Shown here: positions 12,108 through 22,661 of the stretch, one piece after another
Layout: the number at the start of each line of letters is the position of its first letter
Position numbering within the stretch: the first letter of the stretch is position 1
Source of the DNA: an uncultured Desulfatitalea sp.
GTDB taxonomy: Bacteria > Desulfobacterota > Desulfobacteria > Desulfobacterales > Desulfosarcinaceae
Reading direction: 5' to 3'
DNA length: 64,000 nucleotides
NCBI GenBank assembly: GCA_963668675.2
Contig: CAXXMB010000002.1
Coordinates: forward strand, 2,400,001-2,464,000
Notes under the pieces: model-generated
The model's input: the letters and a program-made list of their open reading frames with translations, nothing else
Told to the model about the DNA's origin: nothing
Database searches by the model: none
Made by a program: the position numbers and the translations under genes

Positions 12108-12665
12108 ATGAAATCAAAACCGATCTATTTCCAGGCAGTTGCTATCCCAGTAGGATTTATTATAATATTCAGTGTGTTGGCTTGCGTCCACAAACAAGCC
12201 AAAAGATGGTACAGTCAACCGGCCGAACAGACGATTACCCGGCAGAACGTGCGGGTCGATATCGGTCCCCTCAAACGAGACAATCCATATTATGTCAGTT
12301 TTCGCCTCTCCATAGCAAACAACACCGTAATGCCCATTGAGGTGGACTGGAATCAGACACGCTACCTGCATAAGGGCAACGATTTGGGTGTTTTTGTCTT
12401 CCAGGGCATCGATCCGAAAACGATCAAGGATGCCATCCCACCGGATACGATTGCTGCAGGAGAGACCTTTACGCGGGAGATTTTTCCGTTACGGACCATT
12501 GCCTTTTTGCCGCGTGACCAGACTCCAGGGGAAGGTCGCTTGGGATTCCTGCCGGGTATTCTGCCGGCGGGTGAAAACGGAGTTCTGCTCGTTCTCAGAC
12601 AAGGGAACCGTAAGATTCGGCAAACCCTGTCGGTGCGCCTGAGGGCTGAGACCATCTCAAAATAG
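12108..12665 (+). CDS. Hypothetical protein, possible lipoprotein
   Basis: 185-aa ORF with a hydrophobic N-terminus ending in VLAC; TTGACA-17-TAAGGA upstream at 12032. Confidence 0.65.
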   Translation: MKSKPIYFQAVAIPVGFIIIFSVLACVHKQAKRWYSQPAEQTITRQNVRVDIGPLKRDNPYYVSFRLSIANNTVMPIEVDWNQTRYLHKGNDLGVFVFQGIDPKTIKDAIPPDTIAAGETFTREIFPLRTIAFLPRDQTPGEGRLGFLPGILPAGENGVLLVLRQGNRKIRQTLSVRLRAETISK

Positions 12666-12679
12666 GTTCGTAGGATCTT

Positions 12680-13393
12680 TCATCGCCTCTTGCTGGTCTC
12701 GTTGGCGATATAGATGCCGACCAGTCTGGCCACAATGACCGCCAGGTATAGTTGGCCAACAATAGCTTCAAGCACGGCCAGGGAGCGCGCCTCCTGCGTT
12801 ATCGGAGCGATGTCGCCGTATCCCAGGGTTGTGAGGGTTACCAAGCTGAAATAGACAAGCGTATAGGGCTCCACCACAACTTCCGAGAAGGCGTTGGCCT
12901 GGAAGGCATGGATGATGCCATAAACAAACGACCAGAGGATGCCCAATAGCAGATAGGCGCTTGCAGAAGCGAAGACCAGATGGCTGGTGATCTCATTGGC
13001 TTTCATGAAAAGTCCGACAATCAGGATAACCGTGTATCCGACAAACAGAATGCCGAACACCAATCCGATCGGATGGATGCCCGCTTGGCCTTTCCCGTAG
13101 GAGTACCACATAAAGAAAAGCATCGGTGCCGCCAGAAGTGTGGCCAGAATCGTTTGGCGGCGGTTGTCGCTGGCGGCAATGACTCCGGCCAAAAGGACGG
13201 TGGTAAAGGAGAGGTCGTATACCAGCCTAAAGGGCAGCACATGACGCAGCAGGGGTGAAAAGCCGATAAAGAGAAGCAGGAAGGTGAGCAGAAAGAAGAA
13301 TTTTCCTTCGGCGATGGCTTTCCACCAAGATAAGAAGGGGTGTCTGATCATTAAGGTCGCGTCCTGTGTCGACGTTTGAAACGACAGAGGCAT
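12680..13393 (-). CDS. Potassium-channel family membrane protein
   Basis: Several TM segments plus pore motif YFSLVTLTTLGYGDI. Start may be at 13351. Confidence 0.85.
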   Translation of the reverse strand: MPLSFQTSTQDATLMIRHPFLSWWKAIAEGKFFFLLTFLLLFIGFSPLLRHVLPFRLVYDLSFTTVLLAGVIAASDNRRQTILATLLAAPMLFFMWYSYGKGQAGIHPIGLVFGILFVGYTVILIVGLFMKANEITSHLVFASASAYLLLGILWSFVYGIIHAFQANAFSEVVVEPYTLVYFSLVTLTTLGYGDIAPITQEARSLAVLEAIVGQLYLAVIVARLVGIYIANETSKRR

Positions 13394-13582
13394 TTGATAG
13401 TGCGAGCAGGTTTGGTGATTGCCGTGGTGTTGATTCAGCCATTAGCATAAGGAGATGCTCTTTTCAATACGGTGTCGGTCGGAGCATGCGTTCCGGGGCT
13501 TGATGTTCACACAGATGGACTGATTCGGTACCCACTCATATCCCATACGTTATCGAACCAAAAAGAATCAGGGGGCGTATAT

Positions 13583-14431
13583 ATGAATGAGGTAACGCAG
13601 CAGAAATGGGAACGATTGGGTTATATCCTCAGCAATTACGGATGGGATCTTATCCTGGGGTTGATTGTACTGGTGGGCGGGCTGGTTGTGGCCCGGCTGC
13701 TCAGCCGTCTGTTGAAAAGCGGTTTGACGAGGCTTCCCATCAAGCCAGCCTGGTCCGCTACTGTTCATCAGACCGTCACCGTTTTGTTGTATGTTGTCGT
13801 CCTGGGCATCACTGCCGACCTGATCGGGCTCAAAAGTGCCAACCTAATCAAACTTTTTATCGCTGTGGCCCTGGCTGCTGCTGCGGTCATCTTCATGTTT
13901 CGGCCCTATCTTCCCAGTCTGCCGTTCAAGGCGGGCAATACCATCAAAACGGGCAGCCTCTTGGGCAAGGTGGAGGGCACGACCTTTCTCAATACGCGTA
14001 TGCGCACTTTTGACGGCAAGACGGTCTGGATACCCAACCGGCTGATCCTCAACGACTATCTGATCAACTATCACTACACACCGACGCGCAAGATCCACCT
14101 GGACGTCCGCATTCGTTACGATCAGGATCTGATGCAGGCCAAGCAGGTGCTCGAGGCGTTGATGATCGAAGACGCCCGGGTGAGAAAGACGCCCCGCCCG
14201 GTCGTGTTTGTGACCCAGCTTCTGCCAGACTGTGTCGTGCTGGGAGGGCGCTGTTGGGTGGAGAACCTTCTCTACTGGCGAGCGCGCTGCGATTTGCTCG
14301 AAAAGATTAAATTGCGTTTTGATACCGAAGGTATTGCCTTTGCCCTCCCACAACGTGATGTCAATATACGGTATTATGGAGAGGAAGATGGGTTTGAGAT
14401 GGACGAGGCCGGGCTTGATGACGCTGAATGA
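13583..14431 (+). CDS. Small-conductance mechanosensitive channel (MscS family)
   Basis: Three TM helices, PFKAG..I...G.V, RTFDGKTVWIPN, and FDTEGIAFALPQRDV. Confidence 0.9.
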   Translation: MNEVTQQKWERLGYILSNYGWDLILGLIVLVGGLVVARLLSRLLKSGLTRLPIKPAWSATVHQTVTVLLYVVVLGITADLIGLKSANLIKLFIAVALAAAAVIFMFRPYLPSLPFKAGNTIKTGSLLGKVEGTTFLNTRMRTFDGKTVWIPNRLILNDYLINYHYTPTRKIHLDVRIRYDQDLMQAKQVLEALMIEDARVRKTPRPVVFVTQLLPDCVVLGGRCWVENLLYWRARCDLLEKIKLRFDTEGIAFALPQRDVNIRYYGEEDGFEMDEAGLDDAE

Positions 14432-14534
14432 AGATGCCCGGTAGTGATGACGGTCGAAAAGAGGGGCGTGGATATCACACCCTGAAATAGAGACAGCAGA
14501 CCATTCAGATGCCCAATTTTTGGAGATAGATGCC

Positions 14535-14852
14535 ATGAAGGTAAGCGAGCTTTTAAAGACGGTCGATCAGGGATGGGTGAAAAAGCCCAAAGGGTTCAGG
14601 GTTCATTTCCAGAAGCTGACCGAGACGGGGATGGTTACCGATTGCGTTCCGGGTGAAGGGGAGTCGGCGTTCGATTCGGATGTGGTGGCGTGGCGTTCGG
14701 CCTGGAAACTCTACCAGGTCGCCCAGTCCGACCATCCCGAATGTGGTAATGGGAAACTGGTCAATATTTTCGTGGTGGATGATGAGGGTAACCCTGTGAG
14801 ATACTATGCCACCAATCAGTTCGACGTCTTTAACCCCAAAACAGAAGAGTAG
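14535..14852 (+). CDS. Hypothetical protein
   Basis: ORF with GGAG upstream and natural composition; co-oriented with neighbours. Confidence 0.65.
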   Translation: MKVSELLKTVDQGWVKKPKGFRVHFQKLTETGMVTDCVPGEGESAFDSDVVAWRSAWKLYQVAQSDHPECGNGKLVNIFVVDDEGNPVRYYATNQFDVFNPKTEE

Positions 14853-14860
14853 AGGCGCCG

Positions 14861-15703
14861 ATGGCGACATCTGTAAAGGGACGCCACAAGTGTATCATCA
14901 TGCCGTTTCAGGAGCTGTCCGGCAGTGGTGCCGGTCTGGCCCTGCACTTCCTGATCGGCAATGTGATTGCGGTTCACACCGGATTCGCCGAGTGCTGGTT
15001 CGGTTGGCGCGTGGGTAAGATTTTTGCGTCACCCGCTGCACTGCAAGATTTCGTTTGTCTACAAGGAGCAGCGGTGGATCGGCGGCAGATCAGCATCGAG
15101 CAGAAGATACGTTGCTGGGTTTATGGGAAGATGGATGGTGAGGCTGTGTCGATGTCCCTGTTCGACGATCTGCGGGAGGATGAACCCGGCGGCGTTATCG
15201 CCTTTACGACAGATGACCATCTGGTCTCTTTCCGTAGCCGATTTCTGGATTGGCTTGAGGGGTGTGGGCTTCCCATGGACGATGAGCGCAAGGAGATGGC
15301 GCTGTGGCCCGAAAAGGCCTCTTTGAAGGGCCTGCAGAAAATCGGGCAGGCACTGGAACGCTTTTATATCTACTCCGCATATGGTGGTAAGAGGGAGATC
15401 GATGTGGTGCCTTTCGAGGAAGCTGTTGCGCTGGCACCCGAGTCATTCATGGCAAACAACCTGCTGGGGTGGGCCCGATACCGCAATCAATCGGCTGATC
15501 CTGCCAAAGCTGTTTTTTTAAAGGCACTGGATCTCAATCCGGATGCGGTAGGCCCCATGGCCGGGATGATGTGGTGTGCTGTGTTGGAGAAGAACGAGGC
15601 GGAGGCGGTTCGTTGGGCCACCCAAAAGGCGGCTAAACGGGAAGAAGACGTTGAGGCGGCGGAGGCAAAGGCGCGTAAGTATTTTGAAGTGAAGGGTGAG
15701 TAG
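14861..15703 (+). CDS. Hypothetical protein with C-terminal TPR-like repeats
   Basis: FEEAVALAPESFMANNLLGWARY...FLKALDLNPD has TPR periodicity. Confidence 0.7.
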   Translation: MATSVKGRHKCIIMPFQELSGSGAGLALHFLIGNVIAVHTGFAECWFGWRVGKIFASPAALQDFVCLQGAAVDRRQISIEQKIRCWVYGKMDGEAVSMSLFDDLREDEPGGVIAFTTDDHLVSFRSRFLDWLEGCGLPMDDERKEMALWPEKASLKGLQKIGQALERFYIYSAYGGKREIDVVPFEEAVALAPESFMANNLLGWARYRNQSADPAKAVFLKALDLNPDAVGPMAGMMWCAVLEKNEAEAVRWATQKAAKREEDVEAAEAKARKYFEVKGE

Positions 15704-15710
15704 GGGCGCC

Positions 15711-15890
15711 GGCGAGGCAGTCAGGGCCTACCCAATGCGACGCTTAATGGCTTAACTGCCGCTAAGATGCACTCCGGGCGGTCCGCAAACTCGCTGCGCT
15801 CAGACAGTGCCGACCGCTATTCCTCCGCTGCATCTAAGCGGCAGTAAAACCATACGCTGAAGGCATTGGGTAGGCCCTGACTGCCTCGCC
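15711..15890. repeat. 180-bp nested palindromic element between convergent genes
   Basis: Perfect 28-bp terminal IR (15711-15738 / 15863-15890), inner 17-bp and 10-bp IRs with one mismatch each, central loop aactcgctgcgctcagacag. Confidence 0.85.
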
Positions 15891-15973
15891 TCCATTGGTT
15901 ATTTCAATAAATATTGGTTGTTGCTGTTCCAAAAGAGAGAGCGAAACAGTGTTCATTTCTGAAGAATGACTTC

Positions 15974-16321
15974 CTACTCAAGCATCTCTCTAATTTGTTT
16001 CAATTCGTCGTAGATTTCCTGGATGGTCGTCTTTTCGCTGAGGAGTTTTTCGTCGGCCTGGCCTTTTCTCAGATGCTGACGTGCGCCTTTTATGGTGAAT
16101 TTGCGGTCGTAGAGAAGGTGCTTGATCGACAGGATCAGCTCGACGTCTCTTCGACGGTATAGCCTCTGGCCGGCTTCGGTGCGGTTGGGTTTGATGCGTG
16201 GAAATTCGTTTTCCCAGAAGCGCAGGACGCTTTGGGGGACCTGGGCGATGCGGCTCACTTCTCCGATGCGGTAGAAAAGTTTGTCCGGAATGTCTGGCGG
16301 ATGCCTGGTTGGCTTTGCCAT
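15974..16321 (-). CDS. MerR-family HTH regulator (pheT-associated type)
   Basis: IPDKLFYRIGEVS...LRFWENEF...GQRLYRRRD...FTIKGA. Confidence 0.9.
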   Translation of the reverse strand: MAKPTRHPPDIPDKLFYRIGEVSRIAQVPQSVLRFWENEFPRIKPNRTEAGQRLYRRRDVELILSIKHLLYDRKFTIKGARQHLRKGQADEKLLSEKTTIQEIYDELKQIREMLE

Positions 16322-16406
16322 TGGCGTTTTCTTCCACCTTTGAAGCGTCTTCACGCTTCGATCCGAGAACGGTTTAGATGTGACGCAACCGTATTGCCGA
16401 GAGGGC

Positions 16407-18821
16407 CTATGTCGGCAAACCGGCTTTAAAATGGTCTACCAGTCGCCCCGTGATGCCTTTATGCAGGCTGTTAACGACTTCGTCTTCCAGGGTCTGGTCT
16501 GCTGATCGATAGATGATGCGCAGGGATACGCTCTTGTGTCCCTCCGTAATGGGGGCGCCTTGGAATACATCGAAGAGACGCACCTCTTCGACCAGTGTTT
16601 CGTTCAACTGCTCGACCATGGTGAGCAGTTCGGTGGCCTCCAGCGTTTCGTCAACGATCAAGGTGGCATCGCGCGCGGTGGCCGGATATTTGGGCAGCGG
16701 TTGGAATTGAACGGCTTCGGGGATGTGGGGGAGGAGAAGCTCCGTATCCATTTCGAAGATGAAGGCCTCCTGCTTCAGGTCGTATGTCGCACTCACTTTT
16801 GGGTTCAACTGGCCGATGATGCCCACCTCGGTGTCGTTTACCACGATTTTGGCCGTAGCACCCGGTTGGGTATAGGCGCATCTGCCCGCTTCAAGTCTTG
16901 TGAATCGGGCGGCCTCGATCTGCAATCCGGCCAGCAATCCTTCTACGACTCCCTTGAGGTCGTAGAAGTCGCAAGGTTCGGATTTGGTTTGCCACAGGTG
17001 GTCGGCGCGGTCCCCTGTCCATAAGCCGGCTACCATATCGCGCTCTTCGGGCTGTTGGTCGCTACCCCTGCCGATGAAGATCTTTCCGGCCTCATACATT
17101 TTGAGATTTCGGGATTGATGGGCCAGATTGCGCTGCATACTCTCCAGCAGTCCGGGGATCAGACTGGTTCGCATGACGGTTTGATCTTCGCTCAATGGGT
17201 TGAGGATGGCCAGTTGGCGACAGCGTGTGTCTTCTTCCGGCAGCCGCAGGCGGCGGCACGAATCGGCATGCACAAAGCTGTAGTTGATCGTTTCGGCAAA
17301 GCCCATTCCGGTCAGCAGGTCGCGCATTCTCTGACGCTGGGTCAGCAGTTTAGGCGGCGGCTGGATGGCTGCCGGCAGGGCCGGGAAGGTGACCGGAATG
17401 TTGTCGTATCCCAGGCGCCGGGCCACCTCCTCCATGAGGTCTTGGGGCCGGCTGACATCCACACGGAAGCTCGGTGTCTCGACGGTCAGCAGGTCGTCGC
17501 TTTTGGTCGTCACCTGAAATTCGATCTCCGTCAGCAGTCGCGCCATTTCTGATTGGTCGACGGCAGTTCCCAGGAGACGGTTGGTGGCCGCCACACTCAA
17601 ATCGAGCGTAGGGGGCTGGGGCAGATCGCAGACGACGTCAACACAACCCGCCACCATCTCACCGTTGCCGAGCTCGGCCACCAATTGGGTGGCTCGGTCC
17701 AGGGCATAGCGCGTACCGTGGGGATCCACGCCCCTTTCGAAGCGGTGGGAAGCGTCCGAGCTGATCCCAAGCCGCTTGGCTGTTTTCCGAATGCTGGTGG
17801 GATTGAAGTAGGCGCTCTCGATGAGGACGCGGGTGGTCTCCGGCTCGATTTCGGAATTGAGGCCGCCCATGACACCGCCGACGGCGACCGGCTTTTCACC
17901 GTCGCAGATCATCAGCATGTCCGCTTCGAGGTTGCGCTCTTTCCCGTCCAGGGTGGTGAACGGCTCCCCGGCGCTGGCGGTACGCACCACAATGCGTTGT
18001 CCGGCCAGCCGGTCGAAATCAAAAGCGTGCAGTGGTTGACCGGTCTCCATCATCACAAAGTTGGTGATGTCCACGATGTTGTTGATGGGCCGCAATCCCA
18101 CCGACAGGAGGCGGTCCTGCAGCCAGAACGGTGAGGGCCCCACCTCGATGCCTTCGATGATGCGGGCCGCATAGCGTGGGCAGTGGTCCGGAGATTCGAT
18201 GGTGACTGAGGTTATCTCTTCTACCCGACCGTGTGCCTTGGGGAGTTCTATCTCAGGCCGTTTGATTGCAGTGCCGCTGAAGGCAGCTACTTCACGGGCG
18301 ACGCCGATCACGCTCAGGCAATCGGGACGGTTGGGGGTCAATCCAATTTCAAAAACGGCGTCCGTCAGGTCCAATGCTTTGTTCAGCGGTGTGCCGGGGG
18401 TCAGGCTGCCGTCCAGCACCATCAGGCCCGAGCCATCGCTTCCCATGGCGAGTTCCACCTCGCTGCAGAGCATTCCTTCCGAGCACTCTCCCCGGATCGT
18501 GCCTTTTTCGATCACCATGCCGTTGGGCAGTTCACAGCCAACAACGGCCAGCGGCGCCAGCAGGCCCTCGCAGGCGTTAGGGGCGCCACAGACCACCTGG
18601 TGGGTCTGATCACCAGTATCGACTTTGCAGAGCTTGAGTTTGTCAGCATTGGGGTGTGGCGCCACCGCTACGATTTTTGCAACCCGCACCCTGTCCAGAT
18701 AGTCGAAGCGGTCTTCCACCGATTCGACCTCCAGCCCGGCCATGGTGAGCAGGTGTGCCAAACGGTCGACGTCCATCTCAATCGGAACATACGTTTGCAG
18801 CCAGCTTAAACTTATTTTCAT
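16407..18821 (-). CDS. pheT: Phenylalanine-tRNA ligase beta subunit
   Basis: HPNADKL, TPNRPDCLS, RFERGVD, and a C-terminal FDX-ACB domain. Confidence 0.99.
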   Translation of the reverse strand: MKISLSWLQTYVPIEMDVDRLAHLLTMAGLEVESVEDRFDYLDRVRVAKIVAVAPHPNADKLKLCKVDTGDQTHQVVCGAPNACEGLLAPLAVVGCELPNGMVIEKGTIRGECSEGMLCSEVELAMGSDGSGLMVLDGSLTPGTPLNKALDLTDAVFEIGLTPNRPDCLSVIGVAREVAAFSGTAIKRPEIELPKAHGRVEEITSVTIESPDHCPRYAARIIEGIEVGPSPFWLQDRLLSVGLRPINNIVDITNFVMMETGQPLHAFDFDRLAGQRIVVRTASAGEPFTTLDGKERNLEADMLMICDGEKPVAVGGVMGGLNSEIEPETTRVLIESAYFNPTSIRKTAKRLGISSDASHRFERGVDPHGTRYALDRATQLVAELGNGEMVAGCVDVVCDLPQPPTLDLSVAATNRLLGTAVDQSEMARLLTEIEFQVTTKSDDLLTVETPSFRVDVSRPQDLMEEVARRLGYDNIPVTFPALPAAIQPPPKLLTQRQRMRDLLTGMGFAETINYSFVHADSCRRLRLPEEDTRCRQLAILNPLSEDQTVMRTSLIPGLLESMQRNLAHQSRNLKMYEAGKIFIGRGSDQQPEERDMVAGLWTGDRADHLWQTKSEPCDFYDLKGVVEGLLAGLQIEAARFTRLEAGRCAYTQPGATAKIVVNDTEVGIIGQLNPKVSATYDLKQEAFIFEMDTELLLPHIPEAVQFQPLPKYPATARDATLIVDETLEATELLTMVEQLNETLVEEVRLFDVFQGAPITEGHKSVSLRIIYRSADQTLEDEVVNSLHKGITGRLVDHFKAGLPT

Positions 18822-18847
18822 CGCCTACCTATCAATTCACACGCGCT

Positions 18848-19852
18848 CTAAAATTGCTTCAGGAACCGGATGTCGTTTTCAAAATATCTGCGAATGTCGT
18901 CGATGCCGTACTTGAGCATGGCGATGCGCTCGACGCCCATGCCAAAGGCGAACCCTGTATACCGGTCTGTGTCGTAACCGACATTTTCCAGCACCGCCGG
19001 ATGGACCATGCCCGAGCCGAGAATTTCGAGCCATCCGGTGTGCGAGCAGACCCGGCAACCCTTGCCGCGGCAGATCACACAGAGGATGTCCACTTCTGCG
19101 CTCGGTTCGGTAAAGGGAAAGAAGCTCGGTCGAAAGCGCACCTTGATCTGGGCGTCGAACATCTGGTGAACGAAACTGGTCAGGGTGCCCTTCAGATCGC
19201 CGAAGGAGATATTGTCGTCCACCAACAGTCCTTCGACCTGGTGGAACATGGGAGTGTGGGTCAGGTCCGAGTCGCAGCGATACACTTTTCCGGGAGCGAT
19301 AATGCGTACCGGCGGCTCTCTCTTCTCCATCACCCTCGGCTGGGTGGGGGAGGTGTGGGTGCGCAGGACGATATCGTCGGATACGTAGAAAGTGTCCTGC
19401 ATGTCCCTGGCCGGATGGTCCTTGGGGATGTTCAACGCCTCGAAGTTGTAGTAGTCGCTCTCCACCTCCGGGCCTTCGACCACCTCGAACCCCATGCGGG
19501 AAAAGATGTCGCAGATCTGATTGTTGATCCGGGTGATGGGATGCAGTGATCCGGGCGTGGCGTTGCGACCGGGCAGGGAGACATCGATGCCCGCCCCTTG
19601 ACCGGCACCGACGGCCTCAATGTGTGCCAGCGCCTCGGTGCAGGCAGCTTCGATGGCCTGCTTGATCTGGTTGGCGCGCTTGCCGGCGGCCGGGCGTTCT
19701 TCGACGGGCAACTGGGCGATGGCACGCAGCGACTGGGTCATCAATCCTTTGCGCCCGAGGTACTTTGTGTTGGCTTCCTGCACAGCTTCAGGGGTGGTGG
19801 CTGTCTCAATCTCTTTCAGCGCTGCGGTGCAGATCTGATCGATGCTCTCCAC
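18848..19852 (-). CDS. pheS: Phenylalanine-tRNA ligase alpha subunit
   Basis: [19 protein letters not shown] and [10 protein letters not shown] motifs. Confidence 0.99.
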   Translation of the reverse strand: MESIDQICTAALKEIETATTPEAVQEANTKYLGRKGLMTQSLRAIAQLPVEERPAAGKRANQIKQAIEAACTEALAHIEAVGAGQGAGIDVSLPGRNATPGSLHPITRINNQICDIFSRMGFEVVEGPEVESDYYNFEALNIPKDHPARDMQDTFYVSDDIVLRTHTSPTQPRVMEKREPPVRIIAPGKVYRCDSDLTHTPMFHQVEGLLVDDNISFGDLKGTLTSFVHQMFDAQIKVRFRPSFFPFTEPSAEVDILCVICRGKGCRVCSHTGWLEILGSGMVHPAVLENVGYDTDRYTGFAFGMGVERIAMLKYGIDDIRRYFENDIRFLKQF

Positions 19853-19946
19853 GGTCGTCTCTTTTTCGATGGTTGCGAATATGACCTGCGGCCGTCGTTT
19901 GAATGACGGCCGCAGTATGGATGGTTTTCCCGAAAAGGAAAATCGA

Positions 19947-20294
19947 CTATTGCTGCGAGGCCAACGCTGCGATTTTAGAGAAACCGGTGGGATCGGACAG
20001 GGCCAGCTCAGCCAGAACCTTGCGATCCAGGGTGATGTCGGCCTTTTTCAATCCACTGATGAACTTGCTGTAAGAAAGATCGTTCATCCGTGCCGCCGCA
20101 TTGATGCGTGCGATCCATAGTCGCCTGAAGTCACGTTTTCGCTGGCGGCGATCGCGGTAGGCGTAGTTCAGCGCTTTGTCCACTGAATCGGCGGCTGTGC
20201 GAAAAAGCTTGCCGCGGCCGCCACGGAAACCCTTGGCCAGCTTCAACACCTTTCTGCGGCGTTGCCGGGCCTTATATCCTCTTTTGATACGCAT
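19947..20294 (-). CDS. rplT: 50S ribosomal protein L20
   Basis: [24 protein letters not shown]. Confidence 0.99.
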   Translation of the reverse strand: MRIKRGYKARQRRRKVLKLAKGFRGGRGKLFRTAADSVDKALNYAYRDRRQRKRDFRRLWIARINAAARMNDLSYSKFISGLKKADITLDRKVLAELALSDPTGFSKIAALASQQ

Positions 20295-20305
20295 GGTGTC
20301 TCTCC

Positions 20306-20503
20306 TTATCCGTTGGGCAGCAGCCGGCGTATCTCTTTCATGTCGCTGGCTTTGATCAATTGTGGCTGCCGCAGCCCCCGTTTACGTTTGGGGCTCTTTT
20401 TTGTCAGAATGTGGCTGGCATGTGATTTGGAAAATGCGTACTTTCCACTTCCGGTTTTGCGAAACCGTTTGGCAGCCGCTCGATTGGTTTTGATTTTAGG
20501 CAT
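20306..20503 (-). CDS. rpmI: 50S ribosomal protein L35
   Basis: [14 protein letters not shown]...[12 protein letters not shown]. Confidence 0.99.
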   Translation of the reverse strand: MPKIKTNRAAAKRFRKTGSGKYAFSKSHASHILTKKSPKRKRGLRQPQLIKASDMKEIRRLLPNG

Positions 20504-20768
20504 CGTTCACTTCTCCTGATGGTGTAGCCGTGTCGGGTGGCATCATCTGCAATGTGTGCGCTCTTCAGTGCAATATCAAAAAAACAGTTGGCGCGAACGC
20601 CAATACCGGCGTCATCTCACGCCAACGAAACTGTGTTGTGTTCATCCTCTACGGCATCCCTTATGGGAAGCACCTTGATCTTTTGTCGGTCGTTGCGATG
20701 AACCCTATGTCGCTGCTATCGGCCAGAACCACTTTGCCTGACCGTTGATCATGCCGCCGGCGCCCGGG

Positions 20769-21305
20769 CTATTTGGGTGCCAGCACCATCATCATGGTGC
20801 GGCCTTCGAATTTGGGGAGCTGCTCCACGATGGCAATCTCCTCCATCTCCTGGGCGATCTGCTCAAGCAGCTGCCTGCCTCGGCCCGAGAGGGCGATCTC
20901 ACGTCCTCTGAACATGACCGTGACCTTGACCTTATCCTTGCGCCCAAGGAATTTTCGAATGTGTCCCAACTTGGTCTGCAGGTCGTGGTCGCCGGTTTTG
21001 GGCCGCACTTTGATCTCTTTGACCTGGAATGTGGTCTGCTTTTTTTTGGCCTCTTGCTGCTTTTTGGTCTGCTCGTATTTATAACGGCCGTAGTCCATGA
21101 TTTTGCACACCGGCGGATTGGCGGTGGGCGAAACCTCCACAAGATCGAGTCCGAATTCAGAGGCGGCCGCAAGGGCTTCCCGGATCTGCAATATTCCAAG
21201 CTGGTTGCCGTCCGGATCGATTACGCGAACTTCTCTTGCATGAATACCTTGATTCAAACGTGTGCGTTGCGTTGAGTCTTCTTTTGCAGATTTATAATGA
21301 GCTAT
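20769..21305 (-). CDS. infC: Translation initiation factor IF-3 with non-canonical ATA start
   Basis: IF-3 motifs (DLVEVSP.ANPPVCKIMDYG, FRGRE). The frame extends 16 codons upstream of the ORF-track TTG to an ATA 6 nt after GGAGGT. Confidence 0.95.
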   Translation of the reverse strand: MAHYKSAKEDSTQRTRLNQGIHAREVRVIDPDGNQLGILQIREALAAASEFGLDLVEVSPTANPPVCKIMDYGRYKYEQTKKQQEAKKKQTTFQVKEIKVRPKTGDHDLQTKLGHIRKFLGRKDKVKVTVMFRGREIALSGRGRQLLEQIAQEMEEIAIVEQLPKFEGRTMMMVLAPK

Positions 21306-21582
21306 GCCAACACCTCCATTTGTACGGGTTTGGTCATTTTTCGGCCGCTTTCGGCCGATGTCAACATGTAGCCCTTTGAAATTATCCGGTATTCATTAGG
21401 GCTACGTTTCTGAAAGCTTATTTTCTTATATAAACGCCTGCAGAAATGCAAGAAAAAAAAGAGCCATGGGTATGGGCAGGCGCCTCTTTCCCCCGGGATC
21501 GTGCTGTCGCTCGGGACGATTGAGTGCGCCGGGCAGTCGGCAGGATCGAATCCATTTTCGTGACTGTTCTCATATCGGCATG

Positions 21583-22101
21583 TCACGCCTGTGTCAATGT
21601 ATATCGGGCCAGGTGGCTCTCCTTCCAATAGTTGATGTGGGGACGTTGGTAGAACGTTTTGAAAAGTGCCAGGCTCTCTCTGCGGCAGACCCCGTGGACG
21701 ATGGTCAGGTCGTTGCCGCTGTAAAGCGAAGGCAGGCGATCACGCTCGCATGCCGTACCGCCGCCCATTGCGTCTTCATAGGCATAGACCAGTGTCCCGA
21801 TGCCGCTGATCAGAATGGCCCCAAAGCACATCAGGCATGGTTCCAGGGTCGCGTAAAGGGTCATGTGGCGGCGATCCGGGGCTTCCTTCAGCTGTTCCAG
21901 TTGCCGCAAGGCGATAATTTCGGCATGATCCAGTTCGCTGGGAACCGCTTTCCGTGTATTGATGCGCTCCCCCTGCGCGATGATTTCACCATCGGCCACA
22001 ATAATGCAACCCACCGGGAATTCATCTTTGTCCAGCGCTTTTTTCGCAATGATTAATGCATGCTGCATGCAGGTTTCGTGGTTCATCGTTTGATCGTCCA
22101 T
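21583..22101 (-). CDS. Nucleoside/nucleotide deaminase (TadA-like)
   Basis: EFPVG, HAE and TLEPCLMC zinc motifs. Confidence 0.9.
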   Translation of the reverse strand: MDDQTMNHETCMQHALIIAKKALDKDEFPVGCIIVADGEIIAQGERINTRKAVPSELDHAEIIALRQLEQLKEAPDRRHMTLYATLEPCLMCFGAILISGIGTLVYAYEDAMGGGTACERDRLPSLYSGNDLTIVHGVCRRESLALFKTFYQRPHINYWKESHLARYTLTQA

Positions 22102-22661
22102 TACGTTTCGTTCCAGCTACACACTGTGTCATCGCAAGGACACCGGTCATCTACCTCAAAGGCCATGACGATTCGCGAGGCCATTTCTGCGTGAAGTTGA
22201 GAGGCGGTTGACCAGTTGTGGTTGTGCAGTCGGCGGGTGAGTTGCTCTTTTGAAGGAATCTGATTCAAACCGGAAGCGGTTACCCGCCCGGTGCGGCTGT
22301 CCAGGATATCCGCCTGTTCGCCATTGGTGACCACCACCACCGGAATCTGGTAAGGGGCGGCGATTTTAGCCAGGGCCAAGGCAGGCCGGTAGCGGGTGAC
22401 AAGCGATCCCGGGCCGTACTGAATCAGCATGGCCGGACGCTCGTTTATATAAATAATGAAGGTGACCGGCACCTTCGCCGATTTGGCGCCTGCTTTTACG
22501 CATACCACCTCTTGTGATCGAATCTCCGTTCGTTCGTAGCCTTTGGTATCCAATAATAAACGGGCTACTTTCTGGCGATAACGCTCATCGTGGGTGTCAT
22601 CGATCATTCTGCCCGTGATGAGATCCTTGATTTGGCCCAGTATGAGGTGGTGGTCATTCAT
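22101..22661 (-). CDS. Type I restriction HsdR N-terminal-like domain protein
   Basis: ERYRQKVARLLL..KGY....I ... VVVVTNG pattern. Confidence 0.65.
   Translation of the reverse strand: MNDHHLILGQIKDLITGRMIDDTHDERYRQKVARLLLDTKGYERTEIRSQEVVCVKAGAKSAKVPVTFIIYINERPAMLIQYGPGSLVTRYRPALALAKIAAPYQIPVVVVTNGEQADILDSRTGRVTASGLNQIPSKEQLTRRLHNHNWSTASQLHAEMASRIVMAFEVDDRCPCDDTVCSWNET

Noticed and set aside
19886..19915. pheM-like attenuator before pheS
   Set aside because: An 11-bp hairpin is present, but there is no Phe-rich leader peptide, T-box or U-tract.
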